A DNA stretch of 64,000 bases from an uncultured Acidobacteriota bacterium. Lineage in GTDB: Bacteria; Acidobacteriota; Thermoanaerobaculia; Multivoradales; UBA5704. Shown here in pieces: positions 50,353-59,461 of the stretch. The stretch spans positions 416,001-480,000 of the forward strand of contig CAVYRF010000002.1 of NCBI GenBank assembly GCA_963770895.1. The letters are read 5' to 3'. Within the stretch, counting starts at the first letter, position 1, and every line of letters begins with the position of its first letter. The notes under the pieces are model-generated. The model was given only the letters and a program-made list of their open reading frames with translations. It was not told where the DNA came from and made no database searches. Position numbers and translations under genes: made by a program.

Positions 50353-50672
50353 CCAGGCGGTTGCGGGCCGACCCCGTTAAGTCATTCTGCTTGTTCGTTT
50401 TAACGCCGGCGCTCGGCATCCGCCGGTACCCCCGCGGGGGACCACGGAAGCTGGCGCGCACCATGCAGTAGTCGCCGCCGGGCTGCACATTGGTCAGTCA
50501 CCCCGGCAAGGGATCGGCGGCGCTGTCGCGCGAAGCAACGACGCGACAGCGCGCTCAGGGGAGCCGGGTGATTGCCTCCCGGCACTTCGCAGGGGCCACG
50601 CATAGATATTGGCGCATAACGCCAAATGTGAACAGAACTATGCTTGGCGCTTTTTCACTTAGGAGCTTTTCG

Positions 50673-52556
50673 ATGCATGAGTCCGCTCACCGACTCGGCG
50701 AGACCGCGGCCCACACCGGGCAGGCGCGCCCCGCTCTCCTCCTCGTCCTCTTCACCATGTTTTACGCCTTCACGCTCGGCGCTGCCGTGCGCCCTGCCCA
50801 GGCCGCCTCGGCCGCGGAAACCGACGCCCAGCCGGCGCTGCCGCTGGCGCAGGCGGCGCCCGCCGGCCAGATGGTCAAGGCGCCTGACATGGTGAGCGAC
50901 GCCGAGGTGCTGCGCTTCACCGACGATCTGGTCCCCACCCTGCTCAAGGTCGCCGCGGGCAAGAAAGTGCGCATCGCCGACTGGCCGGTGGCGCCGGGGG
51001 TCCGCCAGGACGTGCTGATCACCCGCCACCAGATCTACGCTCCCGGCGCCCACATCCTGCTGGTCGACGCCGCCGGCACCCACGAGGTGCCGCGCTCGCG
51101 CCTGGCCTTCTTCTGGGGGGTCGAGGCGGACAACGGCACGGTCGGCCTGTCGGTGGCGGTCGATCCCGCGACCGGCACGATCGAGGGCCTGACGCAGACC
51201 GGCTCCGGCATGTTCCAGCTGCGCCAGGTGGAGGGGCGGCCGGGCACCTACCTGCTGGCCGGCACCGAGGCGACGCGCGTCGGCGCCGGGCTGCCGGCCA
51301 GGCCGGCATGGCACTGCGGCGAAGAAACCCTGGTGCCGCTGCCGCGGCCGCCGGTGACGACCGAGGACCGGGATGCCGCGACGGCCCGCAACGCCCAGGC
51401 GCTGCAGGCCGCGGCAGCCATGCCCGGCGCCACCGTCCAGGGCGGCGCCAGCTACAACATGGCGACCGTCGCCTTCGACACCGACAACGAATTCATGGCC
51501 AAGTTCAGCAACAACACCACGACCACCGCCAACTACATCGCCAGCCTGGTGGCCGCCACCAACGTCATGTACGAGCGCGACCTGGGCGTCGAGCTGCTGG
51601 TCGGCACCACCTACCTGCGCACCACCTCCGACCCCTACTCCGCGGAGCCCGACCCGGACGCCAACGCCGCCCAGCTGAGCGAATTCACCAACTACTGGAG
51701 CAGCAACTACGGCACCGTCGCGCGCACCGTCGCGGCCCTCCTCTCCGGCAAGGAGACCGACGGCGCCCTGTCCGGCATCGCCTGGATCTCGGGGCTGTGC
51801 AGCACCTCCTACGGCTACAGCGTCAACGACCTGATGGGCACCGGCTACATCGATTACGACCAGCTGATCCTGGGCCACGAGCTGGGCCACAACTTCGGCA
51901 CCAATCACACCCACTGCTACAACCCGCCGATCGACACCTGCTACAACCAGCAGAGCGGCTGCTACGACGGAGCCGCCACCAGCTGTCCCGCGGTGACCAC
52001 GCTCAACGGCGTCACCGGCGTCACCGGCACGATGATGAGCTACTGCGACCTGCTGGGCAGCTGCGGCGTATCGATGGTCTTCCATCCGCGCGTGGTGGCG
52101 GTGATCAAGCCCGAGGTCACCTCGGCGCTCGGCGTCTGCATGACCGCCGGCAGCGGCGGCACCACCGGCAGCGGCAGCGGCACCGCTTTCTACACCGCCA
52201 CCCCCTGCCGGATCGTCGATACCCGCACCGCCACCGGACCCGAAGGCGGACCGAACCTGTCCGCCGGCCAGCAGCGGGTGTTCCAGATCACCGGCCAGTG
52301 CGGCATTCCCACCGGCGCGACCGCCGTGTCGGTCAACGCCACGGTGATCGGCGGCACGACCGGCGGTTCGATCAATCTCTTCGCCGGCAACGGCAGCTCG
52401 ACCGGCACCAACACCGTCAGCTTCGGCGCCGGCCAGGTGCGCGCCAACAACGCCGTCGTGCAGCTGGCAAGCGACGGCTCGGGCACCCTGGCGGTGCTCA
52501 ATTCCGCCAGCGCCACGACCCAGTTCGTGCTGGACGTGAACGGCTACTTCAAATAG
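50673..52556 (+). CDS. Secreted reprolysin/M12-like metzincin protease with a C-terminal FYTxTPCRIVDTR domain
   Basis: Hydrophobic leader; prodomain ending in WHCG (cysteine-switch-like); DTDNEF, GIAWISGLC, HELGHNFGTNH, TMMSYC; ends LDVNGYFK; AGGAG RBS. Confidence 0.87.
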   Translation: MHESAHRLGETAAHTGQARPALLLVLFTMFYAFTLGAAVRPAQAASAAETDAQPALPLAQAAPAGQMVKAPDMVSDAEVLRFTDDLVPTLLKVAAGKKVRIADWPVAPGVRQDVLITRHQIYAPGAHILLVDAAGTHEVPRSRLAFFWGVEADNGTVGLSVAVDPATGTIEGLTQTGSGMFQLRQVEGRPGTYLLAGTEATRVGAGLPARPAWHCGEETLVPLPRPPVTTEDRDAATARNAQALQAAAAMPGATVQGGASYNMATVAFDTDNEFMAKFSNNTTTTANYIASLVAATNVMYERDLGVELLVGTTYLRTTSDPYSAEPDPDANAAQLSEFTNYWSSNYGTVARTVAALLSGKETDGALSGIAWISGLCSTSYGYSVNDLMGTGYIDYDQLILGHELGHNFGTNHTHCYNPPIDTCYNQQSGCYDGAATSCPAVTTLNGVTGVTGTMMSYCDLLGSCGVSMVFHPRVVAVIKPEVTSALGVCMTAGSGGTTGSGSGTAFYTATPCRIVDTRTATGPEGGPNLSAGQQRVFQITGQCGIPTGATAVSVNATVIGGTTGGSINLFAGNGSSTGTNTVSFGAGQVRANNAVVQLASDGSGTLAVLNSASATTQFVLDVNGYFK

Positions 52557-52561
52557 CCAGC

Positions 52562-52596
52562 CTGCTGCCCGGCTGGCGCCCCCGGCCGGGCAGCAG
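52562..52596 (+). terminator. GC-rich hairpin just after the protease stop codon
   Basis: 12-bp perfect stem CTGCTGCCCGGC...GCCGGGCAGCAG; no clear U tract. Confidence 0.45.
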
Positions 52597-52799
52597 TGTG
52601 TCGCCATTCAGGCACCTGGACGGAGCGGTGGGTTCGCCCTCCTGGAGACTGGCACGCCGGCGCCATGCCGGCCACGGCAAACTGTGTTAATTTTCGGGCC
52701 GTGAGCGCTGGCAGTCGCCGGCGCTCACCCGCACCGCCAAACGATTTCCGGTACTCCGATCCAACGCTCTTCTCCCTACCCCTGCCTGCTTCGATCGCA

Positions 52800-53795
52800 A
52801 TGCCCGATCCGGTTCCCGCCCTCGCCGTGTCCGGCCCTGCCACCGCGCCGCTCACCGGCGCGCCGCACGCCGGCACCGTCGCCGTGCGCTGCCGCAACCT
52901 GGTCAAGCGTTACGAAGACGTGGTGGCGGTGGCGGGCCTGGACCTCGAAGTGCAGAGCGGCGAATGCTTCGGCCTGCTCGGTCCCAACGGCGCCGGCAAG
53001 ACCACGACGCTGGAGATCCTGGAAGGGCTCACCACCCCCGACGACGGTCAGGTGGAGGTCCTGGGCACCAGCTGGACAAAGGGCAACGGCCACGCTTTGC
53101 GCCAGCGGCTGGGGCTCGCTTTGCAGGAAACCCAGCTGAGCACCAAGCTGACGGTGATCGAAACGCTGCGCCTGTTCCGCTCCTTCTATAGCCGCGGCAA
53201 GGCGCCCGAAGACGTGATGGACCGCCTGTCGCTGCGCGAAAAGCGCGACGCGCCGGTGGGCAAGCTCTCCGGCGGCCAGAAGCAGCGCCTGGCGGTGGCA
53301 TGCGCCCTGGTGGGCGACCCCGAGCTGCTGTTTCTCGACGAGCCCACGACCGGCCTCGACCCGCAAAGCCGCCTCGAGCTGTGGGAGCAGATCAGCCAGT
53401 TCCGCGCCGGCGGCGGCACCGTCGTCCTGACCACTCACTACATGGACGAAGCCGAACGTCTGTGCGACCGGGTGGCGATCGTCGACCACGGCAGGGTCAT
53501 CGCCCAGGACACGCCGCAGGAGCTGATCGCTTCTCTCAAGGCCGCCAACGTGGTGGAATTTGCCGCCACGCCCGAGCTGCCGCGCGAAACCCTGGCGCAG
53601 ATCGAGGGCGTCGGCGAGATCCACCGCCACGGCGCGGTCTGGGCGCTCTCCGTCGTGTCGCTCGCCGCCAGCGTGCCGGCGCTGCTCGCCGCCGTGGAGC
53701 GAGCGGGCGCCCGCCTCGAACAGCTTTCGACCCACCGCGCGACGCTCGAAGACGTCTTCGTCGCGCTGACCGGCCGCGCCCTGCGCGAGGAGTGA
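52800..53795 (+). CDS. ABC-2 exporter ATP-binding protein
   Basis: GPNGAGKTT, LSGGQKQR, LDEPTTGLD, TTHYMDEAE. Start uncertain (GTG at 52701 also possible). Confidence 0.92.
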   Translation: MPDPVPALAVSGPATAPLTGAPHAGTVAVRCRNLVKRYEDVVAVAGLDLEVQSGECFGLLGPNGAGKTTTLEILEGLTTPDDGQVEVLGTSWTKGNGHALRQRLGLALQETQLSTKLTVIETLRLFRSFYSRGKAPEDVMDRLSLREKRDAPVGKLSGGQKQRLAVACALVGDPELLFLDEPTTGLDPQSRLELWEQISQFRAGGGTVVLTTHYMDEAERLCDRVAIVDHGRVIAQDTPQELIASLKAANVVEFAATPELPRETLAQIEGVGEIHRHGAVWALSVVSLAASVPALLAAVERAGARLEQLSTHRATLEDVFVALTGRALREE

Positions 53796-53822
53796 CGCGG
53801 CGCCAGCGCGAGCCACATCGCC

Positions 53823-54911
53823 ATGTCCAGCGATCGTCCCAACCCCCTGTGGCAGCTCACCCTCACCCGGGTGCGCGAATTCATCCGCGAGCCCGAGGCG
53901 CTGTTCTGGGTCTTCGCCTTCCCGATCCTGCTCGCCGTGGCGCTCGGCCTGGCGTTCCGCGAAAAGCCTCCCGACCGCATCCCGGTGGGCGTCGTAGAGA
54001 CCGGCGGGGCCGCCGCTGCCGGGGGTGGTGCCGGCGCCTCCGACCCCGCCGCCGCTGCCGTCGCGGCGCTCGCGCGGTCCCCCGTGCTGCTGCCGCGCCT
54101 GCTGGCGAGCGGCGAAGCGCAAGAGGCGCTGCGCACCGGCAGGATCTCGCTGCTGATCCAGCCCGGCGCCGCCGGCCAGCCGCCGGTCTTTCGCTTCGAC
54201 GAGACGCGCCCCGAATCGCGCATCGCGCGGCTGGAAGCCGACGACGCGCTGGAGCGTGCCGCCGGCCGCGGCGACCGGCTGGCCATCCGCACCGAGCGCC
54301 TGACCGCCAAGGGATCGCGCTACATCGACTTCCTGATCCCCGGCCTGCTCGGCATGAACCTCATGGGCACCGGCATCTGGAGCCTGGCGTTCAACATCTC
54401 CATCGCGCGGCAAAAGCAGCTGCTCAAACGGCTGATCGCGACGCCGATGCGGCGCACCCACTACCTGCTGGCGCAGATCCTGGGGCGGCTGGTGTTCCTG
54501 CTGCCCGAAATGGTCTTCCTGGTCGGCTGCGGCTGGGTGCTCTTCGGCGTCGGCGTGCGCGGCCCTCTGTGGCTGCTGTTTCTGACCTGCCTGCTGGGGG
54601 CGATGACCTTCTGCGGCCTGGGGCTGCTGGTGGCGTCGCGGGTGCGCACCCCCGAGGGAGCCAGCGGCTGGGCAAACCTGGTGATGATCCCGATGTGGCT
54701 GGCTTCGGGAGTGTTCTTTTCGTCCGAGCGCTTCCCCGACCGGCTGCAGCCGTTGATCAAGGCGCTGCCGCTGACCGCTCTCAACGATGCGCTGCGCGGC
54801 ATCATGAACGAGGGGTGGGGGCTGTCGCAGGTTGCATCCCGGCTGGCGATCCTTGCCGCCTGGGGCGTGGCCACCTACCTGGTGGCGCTCGGGGTGTTTC
54901 GCTGGCGCTAG
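53823..54911 (+). CDS. ABC-2 exporter permease
   Basis: REPEALFWVFAFP, RYIDFLIPG, LKRLIATP, SGVFF, LPLTALNDALR. Confidence 0.9.
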   Translation: MSSDRPNPLWQLTLTRVREFIREPEALFWVFAFPILLAVALGLAFREKPPDRIPVGVVETGGAAAAGGGAGASDPAAAAVAALARSPVLLPRLLASGEAQEALRTGRISLLIQPGAAGQPPVFRFDETRPESRIARLEADDALERAAGRGDRLAIRTERLTAKGSRYIDFLIPGLLGMNLMGTGIWSLAFNISIARQKQLLKRLIATPMRRTHYLLAQILGRLVFLLPEMVFLVGCGWVLFGVGVRGPLWLLFLTCLLGAMTFCGLGLLVASRVRTPEGASGWANLVMIPMWLASGVFFSSERFPDRLQPLIKALPLTALNDALRGIMNEGWGLSQVASRLAILAAWGVATYLVALGVFRWR

Positions 54912-55075
54912 TGGCCTGTCCTGTTCGAATCGAAAGCGCCTGGCTTGCCCTCGACGGCGGGGGCTTCGTTCCGCCTCCTCGACATAGTTCCGACTATGCC
55001 TGCGTCGGCGCGCTTGGCCCCCGCCGCCGAATGGCGGCGCCATCCGCTTTCGATTTCTCCAGGACAGGCCACTAG
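54908..55075 (-). mobile_element. MITE/REP-like element copy 2 (intact, ~168 bp, CTAG at both ends)
   Basis: Perfect 20-bp inverted repeat 54904-54923/55060-55079 (GGCGCTAGTGGCCTGTCCTG); inner pair AATCGAAAGCG/CGCTTTCGATT; the left CTAG contains the permease TAG stop. Confidence 0.8.
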
Positions 55076-55153
55076 CGCCCCGTTCGCTTCCTTCACCTGC
55101 TTTTCGCCAAAAAGGGCTGGATTGCCAGACCCGTTGCAATGTAGAATAGAACT

Positions 55154-55732
55154 ATGGCCTCTGACCAAGGTGATCGCATCATCTCGTTGTTGCGGAACGC
55201 GATTCGGCTGTCGAGTCGTACCTATCGGGATGTGGAACGCCAGCTGGGCTGGCGGGCGGGTACCATCACGCGCCTGATGCGCGGCGGGCTCGGGCTGAAG
55301 ATCGAGCATCTGCTTAGCATTCTGCGCGCGATCAAGCTCTCCCCGGCCCGCTTCTTCGCCGTGGCGTACCCCAGCGCGGACGGCGTGCCGTCGGCTGAAG
55401 AGCGTCTATACCGCATCCTGGAACAGATGTACTCGCGCGGCGGCAGCGGCGGCGGCAACGCCATCGCCCCGGGCGTGATCAGCGCCATCGCCGCTCTGGG
55501 CGCCAGCGGGGCTAACGGCTCGCACGGCGCCGGCGGCGAAGAGCTGCCGCGCGCGGCGCTGCAACAGGCCCTGCCGGCCATGCCTCAGGCATCGTCCAGC
55601 GTGGAACACGCCGCGACGACGCAGGATGAGATCGATGAGATGGTAAGGATCTCACTGCGCAAGCTGCTCGGCACCAGCAGCCCGGACCTGCGCGTGTCGC
55701 GCGCCCGGCCCGGCGGCGCGACGGCCGAATAA
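55154..55732 (+). CDS. XRE-like HTH DNA-binding protein, probably leaderless
   Basis: LLRNAIRLSSRTYRDVERQLGWRAGTITRLMRG..GLKIEHLLSIL.AI.LSPARFF; TAGAAT (55142-55147) lies 6 nt before the ATG and there is no RBS. Confidence 0.78.
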   Translation: MASDQGDRIISLLRNAIRLSSRTYRDVERQLGWRAGTITRLMRGGLGLKIEHLLSILRAIKLSPARFFAVAYPSADGVPSAEERLYRILEQMYSRGGSGGGNAIAPGVISAIAALGASGANGSHGAGGEELPRAALQQALPAMPQASSSVEHAATTQDEIDEMVRISLRKLLGTSSPDLRVSRARPGGATAE

Positions 55733-55750
55733 CCGGCGCGCTCTTTCAGC

Positions 55751-57418
55751 TCACGCTGAGCGGGCGGAGCGCCCGAGCTGCTCGTCGGGCGCTGCCGAGG
55801 TGAGCAGCTGCTGGATCGCGTCGACCAGCTGCACCGTGCCCAACGACGACCGCTGCAAGGTCGTTTCCAACACTTCCATGGCGTCCAGCGCCTCGGCGGT
55901 CACGTCCAGGGCGCGGAACAGCTGCGACACCTCGAGCGCCAGGGCCCGCGCCTGGTCTTCCTGACCGCGCCGCAGCTCCAGCTGTGCCAGGTCCATGGTG
56001 GCGCGCGCGTAGCACTTCCTGTCGCCCGCTTCCTTCAGTTGCTGGCGCACGTCCGCGAAGGCCCGCTCGGCGCGCGCGAAATCAGCCAGGCCTGAATAGA
56101 TCTGGGCCTGCAGCCAGCGCAGCTTCAGGCGGTCCTGGCGGCCGCCGTGCTGCTCGTACAGCCCCAGATGGCGCCACAGCAGCGACCGCGCCTCCCGGTG
56201 GCGGCCGCCCGCCATCAGGCACCAGGCGGTGTTGTGGACGGCGGCGATGGTCAGCTCGGGGTCGTGATCGGGGCCGACCATTTCGAGCCCTTCGTTGAGC
56301 AGCTCGGCGGCCTCCTGGTGGCGCCCCTCGAACGAGGTGTACAACCCCTTCTTGATCAGGCAGCGCCCCGCCAGGTACGGATCGCCGTAGCGGCGGTAGA
56401 TGCGCAGCGCGATCTCCAGCGACGCGAAGGCGGCGCCGGTGTGATGGCGGTCGAAGCACAGGTTGGCTTCCACCTCCAGGAAGCGGGCTCCCAGCAGGCG
56501 GTCGTGACCGGCCTCGCGGAAGTGTCCCCGCACCAGGTCCATGCAGGCTTCGGCGTCCTTCAGGCGGTCGACCACGCGCAGGGCGTTGGCCAGCTCGATC
56601 GTCGCCCTGGCCCGGAAATCGCGCACCTGGCCGGCGCTGAAGCCCTGGTCTCCCAGCGACGCGGCGACCGCGGCAGCGATCTCGGCCAGCTTGACCATCT
56701 GCCTGGGATTGCGGCGGCGCAAGGCCCAGCTCTGCTCCAGCAGCAGCTCGAACCCGGCCAGCGACTGCAGCTCGGGCGGCGGCTCCTGGAGGTCTTCCAC
56801 GCCGCTCGCGATCAGCTGATCGAGCAGACTGCGCGCCTTGCCGATGTCCCGCGCCGCGTTCTCGCCATGCCGCACTACCGCGGCGAAGGCGCGGTCGATG
56901 GCCTGGTCGTAGGCGCTGTCGGAGAACGTGACGCCGGGATGGAGCGGCGCGCGGGCAGCGCGCTTGCGGCGCCGCCGCGCCGTCTCGCCGGCGGGGCCGG
57001 CCGGGACGGCACCCGTCGCCGCAGCCCCGGCGGCGTCCCCAGATCCATCGCCCGACGACCCATCCGACATCGTCGCATCCGCGGCCCGCACCGGCCTTGC
57101 CGATCGCGCAACCGGTCCGCCGGCGGGGGGGCCGGCCGCGTCGCCAGCGGCAGGCGGAGCATCGTGCCTGCCCGACGCGGCAGCCACCAGTGCGGCAAAG
57201 GCCGCGATGTCGTCGCCAGGATCGAGCTCCAGCGTCAGGTCGGACGCGAGCGGCGCGAGGACGGGGCCGTCCAGCAGCGTTGCCGCGTAGGGGGCGACCC
57301 GCGCCACGCAGGTCGGGCAGCCGCGCAACAGGTGACGCACGACCGCTTTCGCCTGCTCACGGCTGAGGGTGCCGCACACCAGCCCCTCGAGGTCGGCGGC
57401 GGTTGGATGCTCCATCAT
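55751..57418 (-). CDS. Protein with N-terminal anti-sigma-like zinc-finger (H..HxxxxCxxC) and C-terminal TPR-like repeats
   Basis: HPTAADLEGLVCGTLSREQAKAVVRHLLRGCPTC; helical repeats ELANALRV..RLKDAE, IKKGLY..EGRHQEAAELL, HNTAWCL..GRHREA; GGAGG RBS before ATG 57418. Confidence 0.8.
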   Translation of the reverse strand: MMEHPTAADLEGLVCGTLSREQAKAVVRHLLRGCPTCVARVAPYAATLLDGPVLAPLASDLTLELDPGDDIAAFAALVAAASGRHDAPPAAGDAAGPPAGGPVARSARPVRAADATMSDGSSGDGSGDAAGAAATGAVPAGPAGETARRRRKRAARAPLHPGVTFSDSAYDQAIDRAFAAVVRHGENAARDIGKARSLLDQLIASGVEDLQEPPPELQSLAGFELLLEQSWALRRRNPRQMVKLAEIAAAVAASLGDQGFSAGQVRDFRARATIELANALRVVDRLKDAEACMDLVRGHFREAGHDRLLGARFLEVEANLCFDRHHTGAAFASLEIALRIYRRYGDPYLAGRCLIKKGLYTSFEGRHQEAAELLNEGLEMVGPDHDPELTIAAVHNTAWCLMAGGRHREARSLLWRHLGLYEQHGGRQDRLKLRWLQAQIYSGLADFARAERAFADVRQQLKEAGDRKCYARATMDLAQLELRRGQEDQARALALEVSQLFRALDVTAEALDAMEVLETTLQRSSLGTVQLVDAIQQLLTSAAPDEQLGRSARSA

Positions 57419-57473
57419 TTTGGCGTCCTCCGCTGTCACAAGCCTACATCAATCGCGCCCAAAGCGGTACCTG

Positions 57474-57496
57474 TAGTGGGTCAACCTGACCCACTA
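57474..57496. promoter_or_regulatory. Perfect palindrome TAGTGGGTCA-ACC-TGACCCACTA (candidate operator)
   Basis: 10-bp perfect arms with a 3-nt spacer, ~55 bp upstream of the TPR gene start. Confidence 0.7.
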
Positions 57497-57629
57497 TCCG
57501 GACATTCCCGCGCATTTTCAGCACATTCATCCCCGCTGCCACGCCAGCGCCATCGCCGCCCGCCACCCGGCGCGGCGGCAGCGGCCGGCGCAACGCCAGC
57601 AGGCCCCTGCGGGAAGAAAGGAAGAATAT

Positions 57630-57932
57630 CTAGCCGTCAGGATTGATGGTCGAGCTGTCGGACGGTCCGGAGGTCGAACCGCTGTCCGCGGTGCTTTGAC
57701 CCGCGGTCACCACACCGTGATGTCCGGACGCCGGCGCCGCCGGCCGCGCGCCGCCGCTGCCCAGGATGAGGTCCACCATCCGGTGCCACAGCGATGACGC
57801 CCACGACCGGCCGTCTTCGTGCACCGCCGCCGGCGCCCCTGCCGCGGCATGCGCCCCGACCGGAGCGGCGAACGACAGCATCGCAACCAGGGCAAGCGCC
57901 GCCACGATTCGCACAACCATGCACTGCTTCAT
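57630..57932 (-). CDS. Small secreted protein (100 aa) ending ...DSSTINPDG; candidate signalling pre-peptide
   Basis: Strong RBS GAGGAGAGGA before ATG 57932; Sec signal MKQCMVVRIVAALALVAMLSFAAPVGAHA; amphipathic SWASSLWHRMVDLILG; polar C-terminal tail. Confidence 0.75.
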   Translation of the reverse strand: MKQCMVVRIVAALALVAMLSFAAPVGAHAAAGAPAAVHEDGRSWASSLWHRMVDLILGSGGARPAAPASGHHGVVTAGQSTADSGSTSGPSDSSTINPDG

Positions 57933-58091
57933 GCGCAATCCTCTCCTCGGGCCGACGCTCTGCCGCAAGCTGACCGCACCGGCACATGGATAATCCCTTG
58001 GCCCAATAGACGCAGTGCGGCGGCGGGCCGCTTTCGAGCCACCGGCTGCAACGCAGACTGGATGGGTTGCGGAGTTGGCCGGTGCCGATCG

Positions 58092-58700
58092 CTACAGCGA
58101 ACGCACCATGGCGACGATGCCGGCGCGAATCATCGACACGGAGATGGCCGCGAGGAACAGGCTGGCGACCTTGGCGACGCCGCGGTTGACCGAAGGGCCG
58201 ATGATCTTCGCCACCAGCGGACCCGAAACGAAGACCAGGAAGACCAGGCTCATGTTGAGGATGAGCGAAACCAGCGTGGGCACGTAGCCGAAGGCCTCGC
58301 GCGATACCAGGATCGAGGTGATCGCGGCCGGTCCCATGATCAGCGGGATACCCAGCGGCACCACCCCGACGCTGTCCGCGGCGTCGCCGTCGCCGGCGGC
58401 GGGGTCGCGGCGCCGGTAGTCGCCGAAGATGAGGTTGGAGATGCTCAGCACCAGCAGGATGAGCCCGCCGCCGACGCGCAGGTCGTTCACCGTGATGCCC
58501 AGCAGGGAAAAGATGAGCTGGCCGGCAAACAGGATCAGCACCGCCACCAGAAAGGCAGTGGCCACCGCCTGCAAGGTCAAGCGTCGCCGCTCGGCATTGG
58601 ACAGCACCTCGGTGATGCCCAGGTACAGCGGCAGGATGCCGGGCGCGTTGATCGCCACGAACAGGGGCACGAAGCTTTCGATGTAGTCGCGCGAGATCAT
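58092..58700 (-). CDS. MarC family membrane protein
   Basis: FVPLFVAINAPG, LRVGGGLILL, VVPLGIPLIMGPAAI. Confidence 0.9.
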   Translation of the reverse strand: MISRDYIESFVPLFVAINAPGILPLYLGITEVLSNAERRRLTLQAVATAFLVAVLILFAGQLIFSLLGITVNDLRVGGGLILLVLSISNLIFGDYRRRDPAAGDGDAADSVGVVPLGIPLIMGPAAITSILVSREAFGYVPTLVSLILNMSLVFLVFVSGPLVAKIIGPSVNRGVAKVASLFLAAISVSMIRAGIVAMVRSL

Positions 58701-58871
58701 GGACGCAGGCAGGCGGGCGGGCGCGGGAAGCATAGCGCGCTTCGGGCGCCATCGCGCGTGCTCGGCGCTCGGCATGGACGGGTCGACCGCCGCCGGGCGG
58801 CTCACCGCCCGGCGACGCAGCGGGTCAGCTGACTCGCCGAATGACGCCACCTTCAGACTTGGGAGACGAGC

Positions 58872-59357
58872 CTAGCCAACCGGGCCAACGGCCAGGTCGT
58901 TGACGACGCCGTTCACGCCGCTGGTGCGGCGGGCGATGCGTTCGGCTTCCTGCCGGTTGCGCTCCGAGCTCACGGTGCCGGACAGCGTCACCTGGCCGTC
59001 GCGCGAGTTGACATGGACGCGGATGCCGCCCAGGTCAGGAGCCGCGATCAGACGCGCTTTGACCTTGGTGGTGAGCGCCGCGTCGGCGACCGACTCGCGC
59101 GTCGAGGGGCCCACCTTGGTATCCAGGTCGTGGGCGCCGTCGCGGATCGCCTGGCCCAGCTGATGGGCGCCTTGCTTCAGCTCCTGGCCGGCCTGGTGGA
59201 GGTTGTCGTGGATCACCTGGTTGTTCACATGAATCTGTTCGTTGCCCTGCGCGTCGCGCTGGACCTGGACCGCCGAGTCCTGACATCCGGCCGCCAGCAG
59301 CAGCAGCGACAGCCCGAGGCCGGCAAGGCCCGCCTTGAGAAGCGCTGTTGAGTTCAT
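58872..59357 (-). CDS. BON-domain lipoprotein (OsmY-like)
   Basis: LLAAGC lipobox; DAALTTKVKARL...GQVTLSGTV...GVNGVVNDL. Confidence 0.88.
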   Translation of the reverse strand: MNSTALLKAGLAGLGLSLLLLAAGCQDSAVQVQRDAQGNEQIHVNNQVIHDNLHQAGQELKQGAHQLGQAIRDGAHDLDTKVGPSTRESVADAALTTKVKARLIAAPDLGGIRVHVNSRDGQVTLSGTVSSERNRQEAERIARRTSGVNGVVNDLAVGPVG

Positions 59358-59461
59358 GAGAGATCCTCCCCTGGGGAGGGTCGCTGGCGCGCACCCTGCG
59401 CGCCTCGCCCCGCAGGAGTACCAGCAAGAACCGGACCCGCCGTCTCAGATGGGGCGGCGCC

